The position numbers were made by a program, and so were the translations under genes. Positions 46,813-59,476 of a DNA stretch of 64,000 nucleotides are shown piece by piece. The stretch comes from Flaccisagitta enflata (Eukaryota). The stretch's first letter is position 1. Every line of letters starts with the position of its first letter. Below the pieces are notes generated by a model. That model made no database searches. It was not told the origin of the DNA and saw only the letters and a program-made list of their open reading frames with translations. The stretch lies in NCBI GenBank assembly GCA_965153355.1, contig OZ231126.1, positions 6,076,001 to 6,140,000 on the forward strand. The letters are read 5' to 3'.

Positions 46813-47656
46813 AACGCTAAGTTTTGAGAGAGAGAGAAAAAGGCGCATGGGCCTGTCCATTAGTAACTATAGATATGAGTGATTGAAACTCTGACTTGTT
46901 ATATTTACAAAGAGTTGTTATTATTCATATTTGGTTCTGATTATCCATGCTTTCATCTTTCCTCTTGTCAATTATGTTGTCCATTTCCACTTACACATCA
47001 AACACTGATTCATTCGCTCTGTCTATATGTACATATTATTGTGCCAAATCCGTTCTTACCATTATCAGTTCTCAATACGAACATTTCAAAGCTTCCGCTG
47101 ACGACGTCATTCCATCTACGAGGTCAGTTCGCATCTTGAAGTCGCTCGTCGGAGTCAAGATGTCCCGCCAGCAGCGCCTCGGCAGAAGCCGACGTGTCGA
47201 CGTCGCACGGATCCTTGGACCTTCATCGACTCTTCAACGACGGCTCGACTCGAGAAGGATCTGCATCCACGACGTCGTCGGGTGGAGGAGGAGGCTGTCG
47301 CGCTGGCAGCCTTCAATGGCGACCTCGTTCCTCGTAGACGCAAAATGGCGAATAAAAAGCGTCAACAAGATGATGCGTTGGTAAATCGTCAACAGCCATC
47401 CAACGCCGTTGATCCCGCTCGCTTCCTCCATTGGTGGTCATCAAAGATGGAGGTTCGAGGCGGATCTCGATCAATCGGCCGCCGACGGACTTATCCACCA
47501 CTTCTGCGGCGGCGTCATCATCATCGGATTTGCCCCCATCGCCTCGCCACCCTGCCTTGATTTCGTCGCCCAGCGTCTCGTGATCAAGCGCCTGCAGCTG
47601 CACGTCAACGCAGCGGGGGCGAAGAGAGAGAGAGATCGGTCAATGATGGAGCAAGA

Positions 47657-49273
47657 GTGGAGGAGGAGGGGATGGAGACAGAGGAGGAGGTGTTAGTGAA
47701 TGGGGAGGCGGTGGAGAAAGACATTGACCCGGAAGTGGACACTGCGACGCCGGAAGAGAAACACCAACGGATGCAGGCGCGTTGGTGGTATCGTATCATC
47801 AGTCCGGACGTCGAAGTATCTCTCCTCTTCAAAGAGTTTGAGAAACTTTCGGTTTGCTGCAACAAACAAACTCTCATGCGCTCATCGGCTAATCAAACAG
47901 AGCTTGGCTCGGAGACTCTGGAGCGCAAAATCCAAAGTAACAAAAGAAGGAGGGAGCATGATAAGGAGGTTCGTCGCATGGTCCAGGCGACGAAGAGGAA
48001 GAATGCGGCTCCGAAGCCTCCTGATGCAACTGCAAATTCATCTGCAGCAACTTCCGTCGACGCTTCCGCAACTCCACCAGCGGTATTTGTGCTCGACGCA
48101 GCCGCAGCTACATCAGCGGCAATTCACTCTACAGCATCAGGAAGTCGTCAATCGCGCCCTGGATTGGTTCATCCCCCAAATCAGCAGCAACAGGGTCCTC
48201 GTGACATCACCCCTCACAACAGTCGAAGAGATCACGTCGGGGAAAGACTCCACAAACGCGCAACGTGCCGAGTCAACAAAGGGCCAAATTCCCAAAGCCA
48301 AAGCCCCCTTCAAGCGCCTCCAGGCGCGCCCCCTGCAGCAGTAACGCCCAAAGGCCAAGGAGAAGCCGCGGCTGCCGACGGCAACGTTGGCAGCAACCCA
48401 GAAGCTGAATCAGGCGCCTGGGCAGCGGCAGCAAAGGGGAAGAAGACCAAGAGAGCTGGGAAGAAGCATAAAGCAGCAACCAAGGGAGGTTCTACTTGCG
48501 GTGCTTCGGCGTCCGCTGTTAAACCTCAAGTCTCTGGTCAGCAGACGGGAGCGTCTTCCTTTCACTCGCAGCCATCAAAAGCAGCGGTAGGAAGCGAACT
48601 AGTTGGCGGTGCTTCAGCATCTGTTAAAGCTGGTGTAGCGCCTCGTCAGCAAACCGAGTCTGCCCAAGGTCTGCAGCAAGTGCAGAACCCGCCTCCCCCG
48701 TCGGATCCAGCCTTTGATCCTGCGCATGGACACCACATCGCCGAGTCATTGCTACGAGAAGCCTCTTTACTGACCTCAAATGCTCCATTGGGGGTGGTGA
48801 AGAATTTAGCATCAAGGCTTCCAAAAGACTTCTTCGCGTCGCTTCCTCCGCGTCAACGAGTTGAAGCGGCTCGTCAAGTCTTAGACGAGAGGATTCGTCG
48901 CAACATCCAAAAGGAGAGAGACGATGCTCGTCGAGCAGCAATGGCTGCGGACAATGAGGTGGTCAAAGGCAATAAGCAAGTCGTGGAACTGGAGAAGCAG
49001 CTTGAAAAGGAGAAGCAGGCCTGTGCGATGAAGGCTAAGAAGAAAGAGGAAGCGGTGGAACGCGCAAAGGCGGCTATGGCCGTCGACTTCAAAACTGCGT
49101 CCGCTGTGCGTCCTAAATTTCGACTGGCGCCGAATTGCGATGCAGCATCTCCACCTCCTGCGTCTTCTCCTGCAGAAAAAGTCGGTCAGCAGATCCTGTC
49201 GCAAAAAGACGCTCCCAAGCCTGGGAATAAGAAAAATCGAACCAGGCCTTGGAAAAATCAGACCGCCAGCTAA
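47657..49273 (+). CDS. Additional ORF of unknown function between pol and the 3' LTR (probably extends 5' to ~47160 through frameshifts)
   Basis: 538-codon open frame, A/K/Q/S-rich, with a charged helical C-terminal region; no obvious signal peptide or transmembrane segment. Confidence 0.7.
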   Translation: MEEEGMETEEEVLVNGEAVEKDIDPEVDTATPEEKHQRMQARWWYRIISPDVEVSLLFKEFEKLSVCCNKQTLMRSSANQTELGSETLERKIQSNKRRREHDKEVRRMVQATKRKNAAPKPPDATANSSAATSVDASATPPAVFVLDAAAATSAAIHSTASGSRQSRPGLVHPPNQQQQGPRDITPHNSRRDHVGERLHKRATCRVNKGPNSQSQSPLQAPPGAPPAAVTPKGQGEAAAADGNVGSNPEAESGAWAAAAKGKKTKRAGKKHKAATKGGSTCGASASAVKPQVSGQQTGASSFHSQPSKAAVGSELVGGASASVKAGVAPRQQTESAQGLQQVQNPPPPSDPAFDPAHGHHIAESLLREASLLTSNAPLGVVKNLASRLPKDFFASLPPRQRVEAARQVLDERIRRNIQKERDDARRAAMAADNEVVKGNKQVVELEKQLEKEKQACAMKAKKKEEAVERAKAAMAVDFKTASAVRPKFRLAPNCDAASPPPASSPAEKVGQQILSQKDAPKPGNKKNRTRPWKNQTAS

Positions 49274-50318
49274 ACGCTGATTGGTGCCACGCCCAGTTGC
49301 TGTTCAATTTAACTACAATTTGCAACATGGCGTGGAGAGCGCCATTCGCTGAGGATCTGATTCACCCATCACATCCTCATCCCATCGATGGACAGGCCGG
49401 CAAGTCGGGGGCGCTACCCGGGGCGTGGAATGACGTCCGCCCCGGGGCCTGGCGAAAAACGCCCGCGTAAGTATCATGGTTTGGGAAGGGTTGAGGTTGA
49501 GTTTTTGTGGTAAATTTGAATCTGTGTACGATAAGAACTTTACTAATCAATCTGCCCCTGTTCTTTCTCTTTCTTTTTCTTCCCTTCGGGGAGGATTCAC
49601 TCTCAGACGGCTGCACCACCTGCGCCTTTCGATGCGGTCGCCGTTGACGACATCATTCATCGCCTTTCGCCCACGAGTTGACGAGGTGTTGGAGCCGGAA
49701 TGACCCGCTCGTCTCTGTAATGGAGAAGGCGCAGGTGATGTGGTCGTTCCATGATGCTTACTAATTTTTCTTTTATTTAACAGATTCGTTTTTATTATAT
49801 AGTTAGTAATTTATTTAATTTTGTCTTGTTTTGTTTGGTTCTTTGGAACATGTACATTTTTGTTGTGTTTGTTTTAGACATGGTCTTTTAGTCATTATTA
49901 CGAATACTTCGTATGACATGTTTTTAGTAGTATGCCCCACTTATTATTTTCCACTCTCAAGTCAAATCCCAGGCTTGAGTGCTCCAAGGCCCCTCCCCCC
50001 CCCTTCCCTTTAACTTTCACAGAACGGGCGCCTCAACCTCCTCGTCGCCGCCTCGCCTCCATCCGCGTCATCGTTGATCGCTGAAAATTTGCTGGTGGTG
50101 GATCCTTTCCGGACGGAATCATCATTCGTGCAGTCGTCGATCTGTTGATAGTTAGGGTGGGGATGTAAGAGGCGGTGGACGGGGGGGGAGGGGCGGGGGC
50201 TGTATCTATGTAAATTTTTTTTTAAGGAAGGTAGTATCGGTTTTTTAGTAGGGTTTCCCCGACTGGAAACTAGATGTCGGATTTTTGAAATTCGTGAAAT
50301 TCCAAAAATGGGGCAGAA

Positions 50319-51230
50319 TGTTAGAAATGTATGTCTGTCCGTTTCTTAGGTATGTGTGCTTTTGTCTCTTTTGCGTGCTTTTGGCTTTTCCTCTTTCTCG
50401 ATTATTCAATGCCCTTGTCTTTTGTTTCTCGCCATTTTTTATATTGAACGCTAGATGGGTAACCATATGGTTGCGCCTTGTATTTTGTGCCATTTGTTTT
50501 TATTACGTAGGCGAACATACGTAACTCGTCTTTCGTATCGTCCAATTTTTGGATTGATTGATTTTATTTATTTACGGCATTGCTTCCTAAAGTGATTGTT
50601 TGATTTTTCGTGATCGTTTGAATGCGCCCTTGGAATTCACTAATTTCAATAATCTCTCATCTTTTTATTGCAGATAAACTTATGAACGGACAATTAACGT
50701 TAATTTGACTTCGACAGACTGTGGGTTGAAACCAACTAAAGTGGGCTAAAGTAAGTTTTATAGACGCGCCTTTGCTTTTATTAACGTTGTTTTTATCTTG
50801 TTTTCCGGTCTGTTATTTTGTCTTTTGCTCTTTTGCATTTTTATCGCCGGATTTTAGTATGGTTTTATCGCTTGCCCGATCAGCTTGCTATAGGGATGAT
50901 ATGGATGAATTTAATGGGATGGGCCGGGGCAGGGGCAGGTATTATCAGGTGGCATGGGCTCTGAAGAAGATGAACATGTTGTCATGTGCTGTTTCTGTCC
51001 TTTATTGTGTCCTATCTCGATTTCATGTTATCTTTTGCGTTTGCTGATCACAATTAACGCCCACTTTCCCTTTCATTTTTCCCCCTCTCTTCAGTTGTTG
51101 AAATTTTTATGGAATAAACGAGACGATCGCCTTCCTATTTTCCAATCGGCCAACTTTCTTTCACCACAAGTCGTCAGTCAGATAGACGCTCATAGACAGT
51201 GCCAGTTGAAACTCGTGGGCGTAATTTATA
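50319..51230 (+). repeat. 3' LTR
   Basis: Matches the 5' LTR with only a handful of substitutions and 1-bp indels. Confidence 0.95.
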
Positions 51231-53329
51231 CACATGCAGACCACTCCAGCATTGCAGGCACAAGAACACAGGAGCACTGGCGCTAAACACTACAGCACTG
51301 CAGACACGGCAAATCAAAGTCACCACTACAGGCACAGTGGCACAAGCGTAACAGTGCAACGATGGGAGCAATATCACAGCAAAGCAGAATCATTATTGAA
51401 TTGCTTAACAAAATACAACACTATCAACAGCAAGGCCACAATAGCTGGATAGCAAGCAGGCGCAGCAACCCAGCAAGGCATCATGATACAGCACAGCAAA
51501 GGGCAAACAGCAACATAACACAGATCAGCATTGCGGCAAACACAACATAGCAACACAGGTGTTAGAGCTTTGCCAAGCAAATGTCAGAGTTAGGCAATTC
51601 ATGTCGGAACCTAGCGATGCAAACGCTACAGTGATATCAGCAACACACATATGACAATACAGCAACACACACGCCAAAGCTGAGCAAAACAAACGACACA
51701 GCTCAGCAATGACTTGACTCAACAACATTGATATCGCAGCAACAACAGACTAACACTCAATGACACTAACGTAACCGCTCGACCAAGCAGATGGCGTGGC
51801 CAACCACGCAGCTCAACAACACACTCATCGCAGCACAACAGTATACATGTCAAGTACAATGATGCATGTGTCGCAGCACAACAATGGGCATCTTGCAGTA
51901 CAACATAGCACAAGGCAGCACAACAATTCACAACGCAGCACAAAAATATAATACCATCAATGGCAGGGCCAAAACAGCTGGATAGCAGGCTGGATAGAAG
52001 CAACCCAACAAGGCGGACAAGATTATACAGCACAGCCAAAGGCTCACAGCAACATAAACATCACGGATCATCATTGTGGCTACAGCAACACTTGTGTTAA
52101 CAGAGCAATACAAAAGACACAGCTTAGCAAAGTAACGAGTCAACAACACTAATGTCACAGCAACAACAGACTCAATGCTCAATGACTCAATGCTCAATGA
52201 CTCAATGGCTCAACCAAGCATATGGCATACTCAACCACATGTTTCAACAATGCACTATTACAGCACAATAATGCACATTTCGCAGCACAACAGTGTACAA
52301 GGCAGCACAAAAATGCACATGGCAGCACAACAAGGCATATGTAAAAGCTCAACAATGTACACATCAGAGCACAATATTGCACATGTCAAAGCAAAACAAT
52401 GCACATGTCAAAGCAACATGTCAAAGCACAACAACACACATGGCAAAGCACATCAAGGCACATGGCAAATCTGAACAATGCACAGGTCGAAGTTCAACAA
52501 ACAGATAGCACAGCTTAACCACGCAACCTAACAACACACATCCACACAACGCATGTCGCGACGCAGTGTAACTATCGCGGCACAATTATGCACATGTTGC
52601 TGCTCAATTACACAAATGTCACCGCACATTTAGGCTTACGTTGCCGCACAATTATGCACATGTTATTGCGGCAAAACCATGTGGCAGCAGGTCAACATGT
52701 CACAACACAAAAACACAAATTAAAGCACATGTCATAGTTTAACAACCCACATATCAAAGCTCAAAAATGCACATGTCAAAGCTCAGCTGGCCACATGTTA
52801 AAGCTTAACAAAACACATAATGGGGCACATCTCAGTAAAACACATGAAGCTGCTGCACAACAAACGTTTCATCACAAAATTGCAGCTCCACAATGCGCAT
52901 AAAACAGCTCAATACATGTCACAGCTTTACACAACATGCAACATGCAACTTGATAAAGCATAAGCAACATCCCAATGAACACATGCCACAGCTCGATAAA
53001 GCATGTGCCACAGCTTGCTTAAGCTCAAGCCTTATGCCAAAGCCAAACAAGCTGTCACAGCTCAACATGACATATGTCACAGCTTGCAAGCAAACACTTC
53101 TCACTGCACATCAACACAGCTTCAAAGCTCTTTATGCGGATGCTATGGGCCCAGGATTGCAGACAAAAGCAGCATCGCATACAATAGAACCTAGCAGAGC
53201 ATTAGTTTGGCCATGCAAACATCAGATAGCTCAATAAAACATACAACACAGCTTAGCAATGCAAATGTCACCACTTGACCATGTGTATGTCAATACAAAA
53301 ACAAAAAACAGAAAACAAAAAAAAAACCT

Positions 53330-55075
53330 TAGCACTCCCAGACAGACCTGCATTGAGACTCCTTCAGCTGTTTCAGATGGTCACTTGGCCATTAAGGACA
53401 GACTTCTACTAGTATCCAACCCCGGCCACTCCAGACAGAACCCAACTGAGACCCAACCCCAGCAAATTCAAAATTCCTGCTGAAACTCAAACTCCAGCAA
53501 CTTCAGACTTGACTAGCAACCCAGACAGACTTTTACTAGGACACAACCCCACCAATTCAATCAGGCTTCTATGATGACAACCAGACTTCTACCGGAATTC
53601 AAACTGGCTATTCTGGACAGACTTCTACTTGGCCTCAACCCTGGCTTCGATATGCAACCTAACTCTAGCAACCCAGACTTCTAGTGGGACACAACCCCAG
53701 TGACTAATCCAACCCCAGACAGGCTTTGACTGGAACCCAACCTCAGCTTCTCCAGACAGGCTTCAATTGGGAGTCAACCCAAGCAATTCCAGTCAGGCTT
53801 CGACTGAGACCCAACCCCAGCAATTCCAGGCAGGCTTTGACTGGAACTCAACCCCAGCAATTCCAGACAGGCTTCGACTGGAACTCAACCCCAGCAATTC
53901 CAGACAGGCTTCGACTGGAACTCAACCCCAGCAATTTGGACAGGCTTCGACTGGAACTCAACCCCAGCAATTCCAGACAGGCTTCAACTGGGACTCAACC
54001 CCAGCAATTCCAGAAGGTTTTGACTGGGACTCAACCCCAGCAATTCCAGACAGGCTTTGACTGGAACTCAACCCCAACAATTCCACAAGCTTCGACTGGG
54101 GCTCAACTCAACCAATTCCAGACAGGCTTTGACTGGGACTCCAACCCAGCAATTCCAGACAAGCTTCGACTGGGACTCCAACCCAGCAATTACCGACAAG
54201 CTTCGACTGGGACTCCAACCCAACAATTACAGATAAGCTTCGACTGGGACTCAAACCCAGCAATTACAGACAAGCTTCTACTGGAACTCCAACCCAGCAA
54301 TTACAGACAAGCTTCGACTGGGACTCAAACCCAGCAATTCCAGACAAGCTTCAACTGGGACTCCAACCCAGCAATTACAGACAAGCTTCGACTTGGACTC
54401 CAACCCAGCAATTACAGACAAGCTTTTGACTGGACTCAACCCACCACAGACAAGCTCTACTGGGACTCCAACCCAGCAATTACAGACAAGCTACTGGGAC
54501 CTAACCCAGCAATTACAGACAAGCTTCAACTGGGACTCCAACCCAGCAATTACAGACAAGCTTTGACTGGGACTCCAACCCAGTAATTACAGACAAGCTT
54601 CTACTGGAACTCCAACCCAGCAATTACAGACAAGCTTCGACTGGGACTCCAACAACCCAGCAATTACAGACAAACTTCGACTGGGACTGCAACCCAGCAA
54701 TTACAGACATGCTTCGACTGGGACTCCAACCCAGCAATTACAGACAAGCTTCGACTGGGACTCCAACCCGGCAATTACAGACAAGCTTCGACTGGGACTC
54801 CAACCCAGCAATTCCAGACAAGCTTCAACTGGGACTCAAACCCAGCAATTCCAGACAAGCTTCAACTGGGACTCAAACCCAGCAATTCCAGACAAGCTTC
54901 AACTGGGACTCAATCCCAGCAATTCCAGACAGGCTTCGACTGGGACTCAATCCCAGCAATTCCAGACAGGCTTCGACTGGGACTCAATCCCAGCAATTCC
55001 AGACAGGCTTCGACTGGGACACAAGCCCAGCTGCTTCAGACAGGCTTCAACTGGGGCTCAACCCCAGCAATTCCA
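53330..55075. repeat. 37-bp tandem minisatellite (CAGGCTTCGACTGGAACTCAACCCCAGCAATTCCAGA), degenerate at the left end
   Basis: Period 37 (unit starts at 53831, 53868, 53905). Confidence 0.95.
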
Positions 55076-55479
55076 ATATTCTTGCCATGAGTCTCCATCG
55101 CCATTTCTGTCGATATTTCCAACACTATCCCACCACTATTTCCATCACTCTTCCATTGCTATCACCGATGCCACTTGCCACTGCTAACACTGCAGTCTGC
55201 ATCTCCGATGCCGAAACAAAAAGCGCTTGATGTCTTAAATCTGATGTTGACCAATAAGTCAAGAAAAGAATGCATCAAACGGAAATTGCCCCGACAAATC
55301 CTAGCTCATATTCAATTCCCAATGCAGAGCCAAAAACCATGCCACCTGAACCCACAATGCTAAGATCTCCCTTAGCTTATCGATTCACTGCAGAATCTCT
55401 TCCCCAGACTAACTACAGCAAAGGTCAGGAAAAGAAAACATCAAATATCACCAGCTATGGATCTTCTCTTAACCAATCT

Positions 55480-56085
55480 ATTGACTTCTGAATCTCAACT
55501 ACAGCTCAACAACAGCAAATAAAATTTGATGTCTTATATCGGATGGTGACCAAAAGGCCAGGAAAAGAATGTACTATTTTACTCCTGAATCTCAACTTCA
55601 GCTCAACCACAGCTCAACCACAACAAATAAAATTTGATGATATTTATATCAGATGGCAATGAAGGCCAGGAAAAGAATGCATCAAATATCAAATGCTATG
55701 GATCTTCTTCAACCAATCAATTCACTTCTGAATCTCAACTACAGGTCAATCACAGCAAATAAAATTTGATGGCTTATATCAGATGGTGACCAAAAGGCCA
55801 GGAAAAGAATGCATCAAATAGCACATGCCATGGATCTTCTCCAACCAACCAATTAAATTCTGAATCTCCACTTCAGCTCAACCACAGCAAACAAAAATTT
55901 GATGGCTTATATCAGATGGTGACCAAAAGGCCAGGAAAAGAATGCATCAAATATCACATGCTATAGATCTTTTTCCACCAATCAATTTACTTTCGAATCT
56001 GAACTTCAGCTCAACCTAAGCAAACAAAATTTGATGGCTTATATCAGATGGTGACCAAAAGGCCAGGAAAAGAATGCATCAAATT
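55480..56085. repeat. ~132-bp tandem repeat
   Basis: ggaaaagaatgcatcaaat recurs at 55801, 55934 and 56066. Confidence 0.9.
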
Positions 56086-56151
56086 TCTTACTAGCATTGA
56101 GGATTACTCAAAGGGGAAGCTTTGCTTCATCTCCTGCATGAACAGGAACAG

Positions 56152-56607
56152 GGTCTGAGATCAATTATCTATAGTACTATGCTGACGTTCTTATGTTGAA
56201 AGCCATTGGTTTGCTTGAATAGTTTGTCCACAACATCAATTTGAAGTAAAACAATCATTTACAGTTTTAACTTAAAAATCTTGTTTGATTTTCAAAACGG
56301 ATTTCTTTTTAATTGCTTTTATTTCCAATTAACTTGAGCTATAGAGTTCAAATTGGTTTCAAATGAAAGATTATGCAAATATCTTTGATTTGAGACCAAT
56401 CAGGCAACTGTAGCTCAAGTCAGTCTGAGATAAGAGAATTTTGAGAAAATCTGCTTTGAACATTCTTACTAGATTTTCAGCTAAAACTGTAAATCATTGT
56501 TTTACTTCAAATTGATGTTGTGGTCAAACTATTCAAGCTAAACCAATGAAATTTTAACACAAAAAACGTCAAACATAGTACTATGAAAGAAAATTGATCT
56601 CAGACCA
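56152..56607. mobile_element. Palindromic MITE-like insertion
   Basis: ggtctgagatcaatt / aattgatctcagacc with complementary inner arms; shares caacatcaatttgaagtaaaa with a palindrome at ~60015-60300. Confidence 0.65.
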
Positions 56608-57460
56608 CAGACTTGATGCATATAGGAATGTAAGCTTAATACTTTTCCCACTTTGAGATTGATCACCCTGTATGAATCGCCTTCTTATCTACTAACCAAA
56701 CATATAACTGAATCTCATCTTCCGCTCAACCTCAGCAAATAAAAAACTTTTCCACAGCTTATGTCATCAATGATTTCCGCGTCTTCAGCCAAACTGCAGC
56801 CAAAACAGACTTAGCACTGACTGACCGGGCTATCTGGCAAGAGACAGCACCCAAGCCAAGGCAGACAGAACTACTATTAACGTTTGTTCCAACAAATGAC
56901 TCGAACACTGCGGAATTTAAAGCAAGCGTGAGAGAATGCAATAATGCTAAAAGGGGAGATAAGGCGGATTAAGACAATTATCTCAATTACCAAACATAAA
57001 ACAAATAACACGGGCTCAAACCTCAGAACAACATGACGTGACCAAATACCACACAGACAAAATGAATGCCTAAAGTCATGATAGGAATGAGACATAATAC
57101 ATCACCCAATGGTTTAAGCCGAGCGACAATCCAAATTTGAAACTTGCAACACGCAACGGATTTTCCTCCCGTAACAACGCCAAACAAAGGAACGATATCA
57201 AAGCGACTTGAGCAAAAACACGACAACCCATGATCCACCGTGAAATCCTCCACGAACCTGGGTGAGCTGGAGAGCAGGGGAACTAGTAAATATCTCTGTG
57301 GATATCTCTGTAATTTAGACGCTCGGATGAAAACTCGGATACAAACCTGTGGCTGATGCAGTTAGATAAAATGGTACAGCACCATATTGATGAGAAATTT
57401 GATAACATACACATGGAAAAAGAAAAGTGACATGGTACCAATTCGGAGCTGCTGATTGAG

Positions 57461-57684
57461 TCTCTGCACGATTTTGTTTTTCTTTCAGAATCCTCCGCCA
57501 GCGAATTAAATTCGAATAGCCTAGGTCGCACACATAAACCCAGCCAACCCTTAGCCCTAAAGCACACCTTGTCCCAACCCTAACCCTAAAACTATCCCCA
57601 ACCCTAACTCTAACCCTAAACCCACCCCTAACCCTAATTTAAAAAGACGCTTAAAAAGTCTTAAAAACAAAAGATCGACAGATG
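57461..57684. repeat. Dispersed repeat with degenerate (CCCTAA)n, copy of 7989-8217
   Basis: Direct alignment by eye. Confidence 0.8.
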
Positions 57685-58026
57685 CTTGTACAAGTGTACC
57701 CAAAAGTCTTTGCTCGGTTTTCAAACGGTGAGCGTCATAATCTTCTGACTGCCTCCTCAGATTGCAAGGTACAGTTGAACCCCACTCTAGTGGATCCGGT
57801 ACTGGCGGAATTCCGCCTACACTCTTTTCTTTTTATTAGAACATGTTATTTTTTTTCTGAGGCTCAATGTTCTTATTTCTAAGGCGATTTGAGGCTCAAA
57901 TTGTTTTTGGGATATTCTTATTTTTCTTATTGCCAGCTTAAATAAGAATGTTCTTTTTTTTGGTTTTTTAACAACACTGATCGCCTATTGAAAGGTTGAG
58001 AAAACTATTGAAAGGTTGAGAAAAGA

Positions 58027-58329
58027 ATGCATTGCCAAACTGTAGGAGCCATATACGGGATGTTCTGTAGGAAGTGTGCAAAAGTAGTTTATGTTGGAAA
58101 AACCAAGAACAGGATAAGTGAGAGGTTCAACGGCCATAGAGCGGACATGCGATCAGAGGACGAATCGAAGCCGGCGTACCGTTTCAAGAAAGAAGGGCAT
58201 GTTGAAGATGACATGGAGGTGATTGGGCTGGAGTACGTGCCGGGGGAAGATGACGTCTACAGGGTCGCACGCGAACGATGGTGGATGAACCGTATGGGGA
58301 CATTTGAGGAAGAGAACAGAAAAAGATAG
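58027..58329 (+). mobile_element. GIY-YIG endonuclease fragment, probably a 5'-truncated Penelope-like element
   Basis: AIYGMFCRKC..VYVGKT...ISERFNGH...ERWWM matches the GIY-YIG pattern with the CxxC insert typical of Penelope-like elements; no RT seen upstream. Confidence 0.75.
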
Positions 58330-59383
58330 GCCTCTGATACCCTGGGTTTTTTTTAAAACTAAAAACTCACAAACTAAAGAAAACAAAAATCATTACCCAG
58401 GCGTAGAAAGGGGTTCTTAATGTAAATGATGGTCCTAATTTTAGTGCTTACCAAGTACGCTTCATCAGACAATCTCATTGGAGGCACTACAAAAAATTCG
58501 AATATTGGAAGTTTTTTATGGTAAACAGACTAGTGAAATGAGATGGAATGTGGTTTGACACACATTTTTATGGTCGACTGAAATGATTGAATATTGTTGT
58601 TCTCAGGCTCTAACCCTTGAAAAAGTGCGTGATGAACGAAATATATTGGGGTAACTTTTACACGAAAACTATTGTGTTAATTACAAATAAATAAGATTTT
58701 AGTTAAAAACTAATTGATGTCAACCTTTACAATAACACGGTCATTATTCTTTTAGTTTCCTGCAGTTCCTTTATTAAGTTTTGCTAGAAGAGCGGAGGGT
58801 CCGCTGGAACAATGTCTGCCGTCATTGGATCAATAGTTGTATATCTTATTATATTTGATAATGTTAAAATTGGAATGTTAAGAAAAAAAAACATAACTAG
58901 AATCGTGAGACTCTCGCCTTTAATATGAATGTAGACTTGACAATACATTTGCTGTACATGAAAATTGTTTGTTACATAATTAAACATCAAAAAATCATTA
59001 AAAAAGTTCTCTCATAGAAAAACGATACGCAGAGTATAGATAAAAATATCAATTTTTCTTTTTAGAATCTTGAACAGAATGAGGTGACGATGATTTGAGC
59101 CAAATTTGAAATATACATCTTTTTTTCTTGATATTTTATTACATACTTAAAGTATTAAAACTTTGATTTGACCAACTTGCTGTGCTTGCTTAAAGCCGCT
59201 TAATGAGATTAAGCTAGCCCTGATATATATCTATGTGTATGCCAAAGCTCAATATGAACAGTTTTGTCAGCTAGCGTCAGCCAGCATTCAAAGATATCCT
59301 ATCATATGCAAATTAAGTTTACAAACGCAAAAAAATTTTATTCGAAAATGATCTGAGAGTGAAAGAGGGGGGGAGAGAGAGAG

Positions 59384-59476
<93 letters not shown>

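Larger units (their letters stand above)
37999..51230 (+). mobile_element. Full-length BEL/Pao LTR retrotransposon
   Basis: Two ~915-bp LTRs, 5-bp TSD CACAT (37994-37998, 51231-51235), gag-PR-RT-RH-IN order, purine tract at 50304-50318. Confidence 0.95.
36593..57291 (-). mobile_element. Split-direct-repeat element (Ngaro/PAT-like tyrosine-recombinase retroelement architecture), apparently non-autonomous
   Basis: Repeat A at 37071-37133 and 57229-57291; repeat B at 36593-~36717 and 37126-~37242. The order on the minus strand is A1-internal-B1-A2-B2. No conventional TSD beyond the shared core TAGTAAAT. Confidence 0.7.

Noticed and set aside
53700-55230. CRISPR-like 37-bp periodicity and repetitive ORFs
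   Set aside because: The units are head-to-tail with no unique spacers, there are no cas genes, the context is eukaryotic, and the period is not a multiple of 3.
58435-58472. Possible hammerhead ribozyme (CTGATGA on the minus strand) near the GIY-YIG fragment
   Set aside because: No intact GAAA core or convincing stems could be identified by eye.
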